From IMG/VR virus record IMGVR_UViG_3300037657_000059: a DNA stretch of 64,000 nt; one strand, given 5' to 3'. Below are positions 8,739 to 18,255 of the stretch, piece by piece (the first letter of the stretch is position 1; every line of letters begins with the position of its first letter). A model generated the notes under the pieces. That model saw only the letters and a list, made by a program, of their open reading frames with translations. It was not told the DNA's origin and did no database searches. A program made the position numbers and the translations under genes. Source of the stretch: an uncultured virus (IMG/VR IMGVR_UViG_3300037657_000059) (lineage: Duplodnaviria > Heunggongvirae > Uroviricota > Caudoviricetes).

Positions 8739-10057
8739 ACCGATAACCTCCGTGGATGGTACTTGACCGCAACGTTGGCAGTTCTGGCAATCGCAGCACT
8801 TCCATCATCGCAATCATGCAGAAAGTAAAGTACATTTTTAACACCTGGTTGCAACATCACGGGATTGCCCTCATCCAGCATGTGTGTAACTTTGAAAGCT
8901 TCACCAGCTGCCGTCACCAATGTTTCTGTCACAGGGTTATCCATCAATGTTTCGTTATACGCCAGCCCGGAAATGGCTTTGAATTTTCTCCAGCTGTCCT
9001 GGGGAATCATCGCCAGAAAATCAAGATTCGCAGTTCCGGCACCACCAGCCCGTTTCTCATACAGCCCAATGGTCAAATTTCCAATATCAATATAATTTCC
9101 ATGCCGGAATGGTGGAATCTGAATCGATCCGATCACCTGCAGACTCCTGGATGCTTCCATCAGCGCCCAGCGTGTTTCAGCCAGGATATCAGACCCGGAA
9201 AGCAGTTTAATCTTCATCCACAGATCGCTGTAGGCAAAAGTTGCCTGAAATCTTGCCACAAATTTGTAGCTGCGCTGCCTGAAAGCCAACGTAGCAACGC
9301 TCCAGTTGGCTGCCTGGCTCTCATTTTCATCGCTCCAGGAAAGGCCGAGATAAGCACCCCCAGAACAGTTCGCATCATTACTTCCGGTCCCTTCCAAAAT
9401 CAAACTGGTCGCCACTGGTGGGTTATGCGGAGCACTGGCAGCAAAATGGCCAACCAATAAATTATTAACCGTTCTGGCGGTGTTGGTAGTATTTTTATAT
9501 TCAATGATGGCAGGGGCAGGCAAACCGCCAATAATATCATCACCTTCAATCTCAACAAAGAAATCATCCCCGGCACCAGCATCCTCATGATTCACAATGT
9601 TGGCAGATGTTCCTGGATCCCCGCCGCCATTATCCACCGTCAAAGTAACCGGATCGACCGTCTCCCAATAACCACGCCTTTCGACAACAACCTCAACTTT
9701 CGCTTTTGTTTCCTTCCAGCGCCTTGCCAATTTACTGTCATGCAGAACCACCCCGCCACTCACCCGCGATTGCCATTCATCCAGAACGCCAGAGTGCGGA
9801 GAGAAAAGCAGCCAGACTCCATCCGGCCCGTGTTGGTGATCCCTGGCATACGACAACGCCAGTTCCACCGCCCTGATTTTCGATTCCAGATCAGCTTCCG
9901 TTGTACCGGTCACCATCAGGTCAAACGAATCAGTGACCATGCTTTCATTGCCTGTTTCCGGGAAATAACCATTCAAAACACGATATCCGGCAGCATTCAG
10001 GTCAATTACTACCCGATCGCTTTCTCCAGCCCGCATTTCCAGGATTAGATCAATCAT
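8735..10057 (-). CDS. Distal tail protein-like
   Basis: Follows the tape measure; C-terminal LQPGVKN..YHPRRL; start refined to ATG 10057. Confidence 0.55.
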   Translation of the reverse strand: MIDLILEMRAGESDRVVIDLNAAGYRVLNGYFPETGNESMVTDSFDLMVTGTTEADLESKIRAVELALSYARDHQHGPDGVWLLFSPHSGVLDEWQSRVSGGVVLHDSKLARRWKETKAKVEVVVERRGYWETVDPVTLTVDNGGGDPGTSANIVNHEDAGAGDDFFVEIEGDDIIGGLPAPAIIEYKNTTNTARTVNNLLVGHFAASAPHNPPVATSLILEGTGSNDANCSGGAYLGLSWSDENESQAANWSVATLAFRQRSYKFVARFQATFAYSDLWMKIKLLSGSDILAETRWALMEASRSLQVIGSIQIPPFRHGNYIDIGNLTIGLYEKRAGGAGTANLDFLAMIPQDSWRKFKAISGLAYNETLMDNPVTETLVTAAGEAFKVTHMLDEGNPVMLQPGVKNVLYFLHDCDDGSAAIARTANVAVKYHPRRLSV

Positions 10058-10058
10058 T

Positions 10059-12308
10059 CTATTTACCTTTCTTGATTTCGGCTGCCACTCGCCGGGCAAG
10101 TTTGTACATATCAATCTCATTGGAAACATTTGCTTTGATGTTGATATTTGGCATATACCCTCCCCCGTTTTGGCCGGCATATCCTCCACCAACCATCACC
10201 GGGGATAGGTTTGGAGTTAATCCGGCAATCGCACTGTTTACATTTCGCTCAATCTCCCCAAATGCTCCAGAGAAACCTTTGCCCAATCCCAACGCCAGAT
10301 TTTCACCGATCCCGGCAAATACTGTGGAGGGTGATTTGATTCCAAGGGCTGTTTTGATCCCTTTTACAATATTGGAGAAGAAAGCAAAGACCTGATCCCG
10401 GAACCATGTTTGTTTATCTTTTATTCCTTGCCAGACTCCACTTACAATATTCTTTCCAACTTCAAGAATTTTAGAGCGTAAATTTCCAATACCCTGTCCC
10501 AGAACGACAATCAGCTTCCCTGCAGCTTCACCAATCTTTGGCATCATTTTTGATATCCCTTCAATCAATGCCAGGACAAGTTTCACGGCAGCATCGCCAA
10601 TCAATGGCAAAGCCACGATCAGAGCATCAAAAATAGCCTGAACAATTTCAGGGATATACTCAATCAAAATCGGTAAAGCAACAATCAGACCATCCACCAA
10701 AGCAAGGATCAGCTGTAAGGCTGCATCAATCAGCAATGGCAGGTTTTCAATTAAGGTAAGGATGACCTGAGGAATGATCTCCGCAATCATTGGCAGTAAA
10801 GTTGGAATCGCTTCTGTGATTCCATTGGCCAATGTAACAATCATTTTAAGTGCCGTATCAATCAGCATCGGCAGTTGTGGCAGGATCCCATCGATCAAAG
10901 CCATCAATATATCAATCCCCGCTTTCAACAGCAGCGGCAGATTTTGCACCAGGAACTGCACTAGACTGGTGATGATCGTGATAACCCCCGGGATCATGAT
11001 AGGCAGGTTGGTGGTAATCGCCGTGATAATTCCCTGGATAATACCAAGGCCGGCATTCATCAGCTCAGGAGTCTTTCCGGCAATGTCATTCACAATCTTG
11101 CCAATCAGCCCGCCGATTCCCTCAGCCATTTTGCCAAGGTCACCATCCGACCCGCTCACGATTCCGGCAAACTCTTCCATATAGCCTTTGGCAGCTCCGG
11201 TAATTTTTTGAAATCCAGGCAGGAATGCAGCTGCAATTGTTCCCATAGTTCCCTGTAATCCCGCTTTCAGGCTCGCCAGCTCATCCCCAAACGCTTCCAA
11301 TCCCATGACCGCTTCCTCATCCATGACCGCCCCCATTTTATGGGCTTCTTCTGTCATGGCTGCCAGCTCCTCAGCGCCGGTTTTGATCAATGGATTCAGG
11401 TCCATTGCACTTTTGCCAAAAATAGCCATTGCTGCGGCGTCTCTTTCGGTTTCATTGGTCATTTTGCCCAAAGCGTCCAATGCCTCGCCCATTACGGTTT
11501 GAGAATCCCGCAGCTCACCGCTGGAATCGGTTACAGAAATACCAAGCATTGCAAAGGCAACAGTTGCATCACCAGTTCCCTTTTTGGCCATTGCCATTGA
11601 TTTAATCATTTTTGCCTGGGCACCGGTCATGGTATCGAGTGAAACACCCACCTGATCCCCGACATATTTCATTTCCTGTAACTCTTCAACGGAGATCCCG
11701 GTTTGGTTGGAAAGATCCACCAGCTCACCGGCAGCATCAGAGGCTTTCACCACCATGCCGGTAATTGCTCCCCCCACAACTGCCACACTGGCAGCCAGGC
11801 CGGCAATCACTTTTCCGGATGTTTTCAAAGCCGTTCCCAAACCTTTCATTACATCCTTGAATTTCGATGTTGATTTGGTTGCCTTATCCTCTTTTTCTGC
11901 AAGGTCGTCCACACTTCGGCCAGCCTGATCACTTTCATCACCCATCTTATCAAGAGCATCAACAGATTCTTTCAGCTCTGTTTTCATCTTGTTAAGCGTT
12001 TCAGTTTCTTTGTTTAGCTTAATCTCAAATTCCTTGGCAGCAGTGGAGGATCTTCCTTTTTGCTCTGCCAGGCGCTCATATTCCTTGCGTGTCTCTTCCA
12101 CCTTGCTTTGCTGAATATCCAACTGACTGCCCAGAGATTTGATCCGGGTTTCCAATCCCTCAGTGCTGTTACCCCAATCCCCAAGCGCTGCAGCAGATGC
12201 CCTGAATTCACTTTCCAGAAGGCGTATATCACGATTCATGGCTCGGATTTCAGTTTTGAAATCAGATGCATCCAGTCCTACTTTTCCGGTTAGGTCCTCA
12301 ACGCTCAT
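10059..12308 (-). CDS. Tape measure protein (P1)
   Basis: Coiled-coil N-terminus, 11-residue amphipathic repeats, LGIKSPS motif. Confidence 0.9.
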   Translation of the reverse strand: MSVEDLTGKVGLDASDFKTEIRAMNRDIRLLESEFRASAAALGDWGNSTEGLETRIKSLGSQLDIQQSKVEETRKEYERLAEQKGRSSTAAKEFEIKLNKETETLNKMKTELKESVDALDKMGDESDQAGRSVDDLAEKEDKATKSTSKFKDVMKGLGTALKTSGKVIAGLAASVAVVGGAITGMVVKASDAAGELVDLSNQTGISVEELQEMKYVGDQVGVSLDTMTGAQAKMIKSMAMAKKGTGDATVAFAMLGISVTDSSGELRDSQTVMGEALDALGKMTNETERDAAAMAIFGKSAMDLNPLIKTGAEELAAMTEEAHKMGAVMDEEAVMGLEAFGDELASLKAGLQGTMGTIAAAFLPGFQKITGAAKGYMEEFAGIVSGSDGDLGKMAEGIGGLIGKIVNDIAGKTPELMNAGLGIIQGIITAITTNLPIMIPGVITIITSLVQFLVQNLPLLLKAGIDILMALIDGILPQLPMLIDTALKMIVTLANGITEAIPTLLPMIAEIIPQVILTLIENLPLLIDAALQLILALVDGLIVALPILIEYIPEIVQAIFDALIVALPLIGDAAVKLVLALIEGISKMMPKIGEAAGKLIVVLGQGIGNLRSKILEVGKNIVSGVWQGIKDKQTWFRDQVFAFFSNIVKGIKTALGIKSPSTVFAGIGENLALGLGKGFSGAFGEIERNVNSAIAGLTPNLSPVMVGGGYAGQNGGGYMPNINIKANVSNEIDMYKLARRVAAEIKKGK

Positions 12309-12331
12309 GGGTCAATCCTTTCGATTCAAGA

Positions 12332-12739
12332 TCACATCATCACTTCGTCTGCAAATAAACTGGCTTTTATCGCATTCATAATTTTGCGTTTGTCGCCTGT
12401 CATCGTGGGTCGGATAAAAGGATGTGCGGGCATGCTGCTGGTCCCATATTCCTGTGCATTGCCATATCGGGCAGTATTGGCATCCGTGAATTCTTTTTTA
12501 TTAATGATCCCAACTTCAACAAATGAATAATTGCCATCCTGATGGGGACCATCAATCTGGATGTGATCCTGTAAATTCATGGTATCTTTTGCCACCCGCA
12601 CAACCATTCCTTTTCTGGCAACCTCAGCACCAGCCTGCAATGCATTCAGAGCAGCGGCATCAATATCCTTTCCCGCAGCAACGATCCGTTCCAGATATTC
12701 TTCAAATCCTTTTGTACTGATATATGTTTTTGTCGCCAT
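12332..12739 (-). CDS. HK97 gp10-like tail completion protein
   Basis: QEYGTSSMPAHPFIRP motif. Confidence 0.8.
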   Translation of the reverse strand: MATKTYISTKGFEEYLERIVAAGKDIDAAALNALQAGAEVARKGMVVRVAKDTMNLQDHIQIDGPHQDGNYSFVEVGIINKKEFTDANTARYGNAQEYGTSSMPAHPFIRPTMTGDKRKIMNAIKASLFADEVMM

Positions 12740-12782
12740 CTTTTTCTCTTTCTTTCTCTTTTTCTTTGCTTTGAGCTTTGAG

Positions 12783-13294
12783 CTAAAGAAACTCCACCTC
12801 ATCACAATAAGTCCTGCTTTGCTTTTTTTTCGTGCTATTCGTCAACCTGTAAACAAATGGCAGCAATGATTCAATCGAGGTTTCATCTATCTCATACAAA
12901 CTCCAATGAAAGAGCTTCACCAAAGAAATTTCCAGGTCGATCAGCCAATCAATATCATCCGTTTCCACACTCGTAATTCCGGGTTTTACCCCGGAAGTGT
13001 AGGGTTTGAACCGGTCGCCTTGCTCACGATCGTTTGCAGAACACTGATCATGTCCGAAATATCGGCCTTTTCGTTAAGATCCTCAATCGTGAACTGATTT
13101 CCAAACACTTCAACCACCAGCGATGCCAACGCATCAGCATCCTCTTCCGAAATATTATCCGGATCCAGTGTCAGCTCTTTCGATAATCGAACTGCAACTT
13201 TGAGCAGCTTCCAGGGCACAAATAACCTGGTGAATTCTTCATACTCGTTTTCTACATCATATAAACGGATCACCATCGGGGTAGGAACTGCCAT
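12783..13294 (-). CDS. Tail assembly chaperone G (12986-13294) and -1 frameshift product GT (to 12783)
   Basis: FGNQFT motif; A-AAC-CCT slippery heptamer at 13001-13007, downstream hairpin, open -1 frame. Confidence 0.75.
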
Positions 13295-13354
13295 ATTTAC
13301 ACCTCATATTTTTTCCTCCTGATGTTTCCATCAGGAGGAATCTATTTGTTTTTT

Positions 13355-14263
13355 TTACGCAGTAGCAAAGTTGATGGCATCATTGAGTGTCTGACCATAG
13401 ATATCAGTTACACCTACTGCTACGATGTATGTGGAGCTGGCATCCAGACTCGCATTCGGATTAACCGTCAATATCTTGTGGGTAGCATCCAACGAGTTGG
13501 TACAGGCAACCACTGTCCCGTCCGCCTTTACAACCACCACATTGGCAATTGCATCAGTCTGCAGGGCGTTATTGAAAGTTAATACGATAGTCTTGGTAAC
13601 AGCCACACCAGAAGCACCATCTGCAGGATCAGCATCTGATAATGCCAAAGCAGAAACTGAGGCCACACCAGGAACCTGAACGGTTGTGAACCAGTTCGTG
13701 GCAGAGAAGTTGGTCGTATCTTCATCACCCCAAACGCGCTTCACAGAATCGTTGATGTCGCCCAAATCGAACTCGTAAACCGTCTTGATGGCAGTGATCA
13801 ACAATTCCCTGGTCTTGAATTCGGGAGAATCAGCCTTGGTGCTTTGCTCTTCTTTGGGAAGAGAGAATTTCACCTTTGGAAACCAGTAATAGCGGTATTT
13901 TCCGTTACTTTTCAGTGATCGGAAACCAAAAGCAAAATAAGGGGCAGCACCTTCATTCTCATACACTCGCCCGGTTGTGGCATCAAACACCTGGCCTGTG
14001 ATTTTTGCATACACCTCCGCTGGGATGTTGGTAATCACAGCTGTGATCTCCGTCTCCCCAACTGAGCTCATGGTGTCATAAGCCTGATTGTCAGCATATT
14101 GCGTCTCACTATTAACGGCAGGCTCTGCACTCAATTCTGCGACTGGTGCCAGATATTCCGGCGTTCCAGCCACATAACCGGCTGCATTATCCTGAGTGAC
14201 TTCCGCAATATAGAGGCTGTCAACACCAACAACACTCTTATATTCATCATTTGAAATGGACAT
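13355..14263 (-). CDS. Major tail protein (phi13 family) with C-terminal Ig-like (Big_5) domain
   Basis: YADN, APYFAFGFRSLKSNGKYRY; C-terminal P-x-DGA..I-x-LTFN. Confidence 0.88.
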   Translation of the reverse strand: MSISNDEYKSVVGVDSLYIAEVTQDNAAGYVAGTPEYLAPVAELSAEPAVNSETQYADNQAYDTMSSVGETEITAVITNIPAEVYAKITGQVFDATTGRVYENEGAAPYFAFGFRSLKSNGKYRYYWFPKVKFSLPKEEQSTKADSPEFKTRELLITAIKTVYEFDLGDINDSVKRVWGDEDTTNFSATNWFTTVQVPGVASVSALALSDADPADGASGVAVTKTIVLTFNNALQTDAIANVVVVKADGTVVACTNSLDATHKILTVNPNASLDASSTYIVAVGVTDIYGQTLNDAINFATA

Positions 14264-14272
14264 TAAGTCCTC

Positions 14273-14611
14273 CTATTCAACATAAACAAAATCCAGCGCA
14301 TACCCGAAATGGCGTGTTTGCTGGTTGTATGGCAATTCCCGCTGTGAACTGGGCATAAATCCAGCAGCAGCCATCGCTCCGGAGATATTCGGCATTCCTG
14401 CCAGACCGGATCGGTTGTAATAACTAATTTGAACGGTCCAGCTGCGGCCTTTTTCCAGGTTATCGGCAAATAGTTCTGCAGGGCTGGTGACCACAGAATA
14501 AATCAGATACTCATCTGGTCTTTCAGCTTCACTGGCCACAATCAAAACATTGGCAGCCATAGTCTTGCCAAGTCCGGTCAGAGCGCTCACGATTCTTTCC
14601 CAAATAGTCAT
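14273..14611 (-). CDS. Tail terminator-like protein
   Basis: Position before the major tail gene; M-x-AAGF motif. Confidence 0.6.
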   Translation of the reverse strand: MTIWERIVSALTGLGKTMAANVLIVASEAERPDEYLIYSVVTSPAELFADNLEKGRSWTVQISYYNRSGLAGMPNISGAMAAAGFMPSSQRELPYNQQTRHFGYALDFVYVE

Positions 14612-14615
14612 GAGA

Positions 14616-14960
14616 TTATCCGCTCCTCATCCTGCGAACCTTCAATTCAATCAGCTCGTTTTTCTCGCGGATATTATCCATTGAGACAATCTCCCACAGC
14701 TCTCCACCTTTTTCAACCGCATAAGTCGGGTCCACATCGCTTCGGTATCGGATCGTGACAGTGGCTGGCGCTTCCGCCCCGGCCATGTTTGCGGTCAATA
14801 CTTCAGATCCATGCGCATTCACCCATTTGCAAAATACAGTCGCCAGGGTGGACCATCCAGGAAACTGAAAACCACCTGTTCCTGTCGTTACTGTTCGGGT
14901 TTTGAGGATGATCGAAGTCCTTAGCTCACCCGGGTTAAAAGGCTTTTCGCTGATTCTCAT
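14616..14960 (-). CDS. Head closure (head-tail joining) protein
   Basis: NPGELRT..W..TIRYR motif. Confidence 0.85.
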   Translation of the reverse strand: MRISEKPFNPGELRTSIILKTRTVTTGTGGFQFPGWSTLATVFCKWVNAHGSEVLTANMAGAEAPATVTIRYRSDVDPTYAVEKGGELWEIVSMDNIREKNELIELKVRRMRSG

Positions 14961-15463
14961 AGATCTCCTGGAGTTTTGATGTACACCCTGAACCACTTAT
15001 CCGATAAATCCGATTCGGAAAGTTGCCGAAGGTACCCGCTCTGCGAGATGACAGTTTCAAAGCTGGCTGATTGATTTCCACTAATACCAATGATTCCAAC
15101 CAGGCTGGAAACTGAATCACCTTCCGACACACCTGGCAGGCTGATATAACCAGCTGAGCTGATTCCCTCAAATTCCACATACCGCAAAGCAATCGCTTCC
15201 AACTGCACCAATGCAGCACTCAGCCCAAAATTCAACGAGCTGATTCCACCGGCAATCATGGCAGGGTTTTCATACCACATCACCAGCAACATCTGCGCAG
15301 CAGCCTTTGCCTCAGGCAAAATGGAAGTATCGCTCGCCCAGTCATGCCCTGTGGCATTCTGGATGTATTTATCGATCATCGGGAGCAGTTGGAGCATGGT
15401 AGCGTCCGTGCTCGCACATCTCAAAACATTCGCGCCCTCAGCTGCAGTCAGGATATTTGCCAT
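14957..15463 (-). CDS. Head-tail connector (gp6-like) with C-terminal extension
   Basis: YIQNATG..AKAAAQMLLVMWYENP. Confidence 0.8.
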   Translation of the reverse strand: MANILTAAEGANVLRCASTDATMLQLLPMIDKYIQNATGHDWASDTSILPEAKAAAQMLLVMWYENPAMIAGGISSLNFGLSAALVQLEAIALRYVEFEGISSAGYISLPGVSEGDSVSSLVGIIGISGNQSASFETVISQSGYLRQLSESDLSDKWFRVYIKTPGDL

Positions 15464-15531
15464 AACGTTCTCCTATCCTCTTATGCGCAGAACTGCGTAG
15501 ATTGTCCTGCGCAATAAGAGGATCCAAAAAT

Positions 15532-15837
15532 TTACTTTTTAATCTTTTCTTCAGGCTTCACTTCGGCCTTCACTTCGGCCTTCACTTCCGGAACAATCAC
15601 TTCCGGAAATTCATCAAACTTAGGCATCACCTTAAGAAAATGATCAGATGTTTCGATGGTATGTGCTGGTGTTTCAATGATTTTTCCAGTGACACTTACC
15701 ATTTTTCCATCAGCATCCACCTCGGCTGTCCCAATTACATTCCAGCCATCCAACAAGTGCGCCGAAACTTCAGACGGAGCCACTGCTTTTTCTTCAATGT
15801 CTTTTTTCATTAATGCAAATTCAGGTTGCTTTTCCAT
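15532..15837 (-). CDS. Hypothetical head-associated protein with EVK(A/P) tandem repeats
   Basis: ORF directly after the capsid gene with an SD; 12-bp repeats. Confidence 0.55.
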   Translation of the reverse strand: MEKQPEFALMKKDIEEKAVAPSEVSAHLLDGWNVIGTAEVDADGKMVSVTGKIIETPAHTIETSDHFLKVMPKFDEFPEVIVPEVKAEVKAEVKPEEKIKK

Positions 15838-15898
15838 TTTTTTTCACCTTTTCTCATAACTTCATAACTTCATAAACAATTGAGCGCTGTATCGCTTC

Positions 15899-17053
15899 TT
15901 ATCCGAGCAGGATCGCAATCCCCTCAGGTTTGACAGCTTTCACACCCCAGGCCAGACCGACTTCAAAAGTAACTCGGCGGTATTGGCGATACATCGCGAC
16001 CTGGAAACTGATTCCAGTCTGCGGATCGGTAATCACGGTCACGTCATCAGCAGCATCGCCACCTTCCGGCATCGCTGGCACCCGTAGCATCAAATTGATT
16101 GCGGATTTGCTGAATGCCAGGTTGGCAGTGTAATTTCCACCAACTCCAATCGGGTCATTGTTCACCCAGGCAACCTGGTTGCCAGGGTTAGCCAGCACGA
16201 TATCAACATCCAATCCGGTTCCACCGGTCGCCCCAGTCTTTACAACGTATTTATTGGTGTCCCGAGAGGTTTTGTTGTTGGTGAGAATATCGCCTGCCAA
16301 AATGGTGCCGAGACCGGTATCAGCATGGATGGTTTTTGATCCTACAGCATATCCAGCTGTCAGGTCAACCAAAAATCCTGTGCCGGTTCCTTTGGTGTGT
16401 GTTTTCACCTGAGCGCTCTCGCGGATCGCAAATCCCATCACGTCAGACAAAACGCCTTGACGTAATAGTGCATCGCTCCCAGCCTGGTTGGCAAAGGATA
16501 ATGGGGTCAAACTGCGCATTTTAGCGCCTGCAGCGGTGTTAATCACCATTTGCAGATCACTCATCGAGGCGCCGTTATCTGCCAGGATCTTACGGATCTG
16601 GGCAATATCGGTGAGATCGGAGGCAAACGGGAGTTGTCCCGCAGTGCCATACGCCCGGCTGGCATGGACATATAGCGCGGCCAGATCAGCATCCACCTCA
16701 TTTACCAGTATTCGCATCGCCTGCGCAAATTGATCCTGTAAAATCTTGTCATACAGGCCACCAAGCCCCAGCTGCTCTTCTCCAGTCCAGTAAAACGGAA
16801 CGCCTTTGGATTTGCTGATTGTCATGGTGTCATTTCCAAACGCGGTATCAGCTACGGTTGGTCCATACGCTGCCGGGGCAATGTCCGCAGCTTCTCCTGC
16901 TGGCACAACTGGCCAGGCAATAGTTTGGTTTTTCGCAACGCCTTCACCGCTCGCATCGAATGTTGAAGCCGAGATGAACCCGGTCAGTTCACGCAAAACG
17001 ACATCCAGCGCTTTGTAAATAGTAGGTATTAAATTTGTTAAAGTGTTAGCCAT
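15899..17053 (-). CDS. Major capsid protein, P22-coat-like family
   Basis: MANTLTNLIPTIYKALDVVLRELTGF..DPQTGISF..AWGVKAVKPE; no N-terminal delta domain. Confidence 0.8.
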   Translation of the reverse strand: MANTLTNLIPTIYKALDVVLRELTGFISASTFDASGEGVAKNQTIAWPVVPAGEAADIAPAAYGPTVADTAFGNDTMTISKSKGVPFYWTGEEQLGLGGLYDKILQDQFAQAMRILVNEVDADLAALYVHASRAYGTAGQLPFASDLTDIAQIRKILADNGASMSDLQMVINTAAGAKMRSLTPLSFANQAGSDALLRQGVLSDVMGFAIRESAQVKTHTKGTGTGFLVDLTAGYAVGSKTIHADTGLGTILAGDILTNNKTSRDTNKYVVKTGATGGTGLDVDIVLANPGNQVAWVNNDPIGVGGNYTANLAFSKSAINLMLRVPAMPEGGDAADDVTVITDPQTGISFQVAMYRQYRRVTFEVGLAWGVKAVKPEGIAILLG

Positions 17054-17078
17054 TTCAAAATTCTCCTTCTTCTAATTT

Positions 17079-17444
17079 TCAGTCTTCGATAGTTCCGCCA
17101 GAGCGGATGAACTTTGCGCGATCGTTAAGCGACATTTGGTCGTAAGAATCGCGTTTAATAACAGTTGGCTGCACGTCCACAGCATCTTCAGCTTTTGTTT
17201 CGGAAACCGGAATAAAGTTTTTAGCAATGTCATTGGGGCGTGTGGTTTTTTGCATCGATTCATACAAACTCACTGCCTCAGCGTGTTTGTTCTGTGCATC
17301 GTCCAGCGCGGGGCGCAGAGCAAGCGCGTCCAATTTGCTTTCTTCGGTTCCCTCTCGGAATTTCATATCGATCTCATTTGCGATCTTCTGAACTTCCGCA
17401 TCAGCTGTTACAACAGCGTCAAAATAGGGTTTTAGATCAAGCAT
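17079..17444 (-). CDS. Probable scaffolding protein
   Basis: Helical N-terminus plus C-terminal R-x-x-YDQMS-x-x-DRAKFIRSGG motif, directly upstream of the coat gene. Confidence 0.6.
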   Translation of the reverse strand: MLDLKPYFDAVVTADAEVQKIANEIDMKFREGTEESKLDALALRPALDDAQNKHAEAVSLYESMQKTTRPNDIAKNFIPVSETKAEDAVDVQPTVIKRDSYDQMSLNDRAKFIRSGGTIED

Positions 17445-18255
17445 TTTCTTCTTCCTTTCTTAGGATTTGATTGATTCTTTCGCGCAGGGATTGCGCCTCG
17501 CGTTCGTCTTCCTCATTAAACAGAGGGTCGCTGGCTTCCTCTTCTTCCTGAGGGATGACGTCCTGTATCGCCCGTAAAATATCAGGCGGAACATTTGAAA
17601 ATTGGTAAATTCCATTGATCATGGCTGCGTTTTCGGGAATGAATAACTTTTTCTCCGTATCCTCAACGATTCGATCCACAAAACCAAGGTCAACAGCTTT
17701 ATTGGCATCCATCCAGGTTTCATCGGTCATCAATTTCGATAACCTGGTGCGGGATAACCCTGTTTTGCGTTCATACGCATTCAAAATGCCTTCTTTGGCA
17801 GCCTGTAAGCTATCTGCCAGGCGGGTCATTTCATCCAGATTGATCTGGGCAAGGAAGATAACGATCGAAGGATCATGGACCATAAAATATCCTTGATTCC
17901 GGATCTCCACCTCATCCCCCGCAACGGCCACAATCGTGGCGGCGCTGGCAGCTACTCCCTCAATCTGTACGGACACTTTCCCGGGATAATCCCGGATAAT
18001 GGAATGCATCAGGCTGGCGGCAATCAGATCACCACCATAGGAATTGATTTTGACCCTGATATCCTTCCCCTTGCCCACATCGTACAGATCCTTTTTGAAT
18101 AACGCGGGCGTAATGTCGTCTTCAAACCATGAGTATTCGGATATATACCCAAACAACTCCAGAGTCGGATCACCTCCTTCATCAGCATTTCTGAAAGTCC
18201 AGAATGGCTCATGAGGTTTTGTATTACCCTCAAAACAACGGATTGGATTATTCAT
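17437..18255 (-). CDS. ClpP-like (S14) head maturation protease
   Basis: INSYGG, AASAA, FMVHDP, ETWMDA motifs. Confidence 0.92.
   Translation of the reverse strand: MNNPIRCFEGNTKPHEPFWTFRNADEGGDPTLELFGYISEYSWFEDDITPALFKKDLYDVGKGKDIRVKINSYGGDLIAASLMHSIIRDYPGKVSVQIEGVAASAATIVAVAGDEVEIRNQGYFMVHDPSIVIFLAQINLDEMTRLADSLQAAKEGILNAYERKTGLSRTRLSKLMTDETWMDANKAVDLGFVDRIVEDTEKKLFIPENAAMINGIYQFSNVPPDILRAIQDVIPQEEEEASDPLFNEEDEREAQSLRERINQILRKEEENA

Noticed and set aside
13314..13340. Hairpins after major structural genes (also about 15475-15523 and 55960-55980) as terminators
   Set aside because: No U-tract on the coding strand; more likely mRNA stabilisers or SD-occluding stems, which are ordinary in phage late operons.
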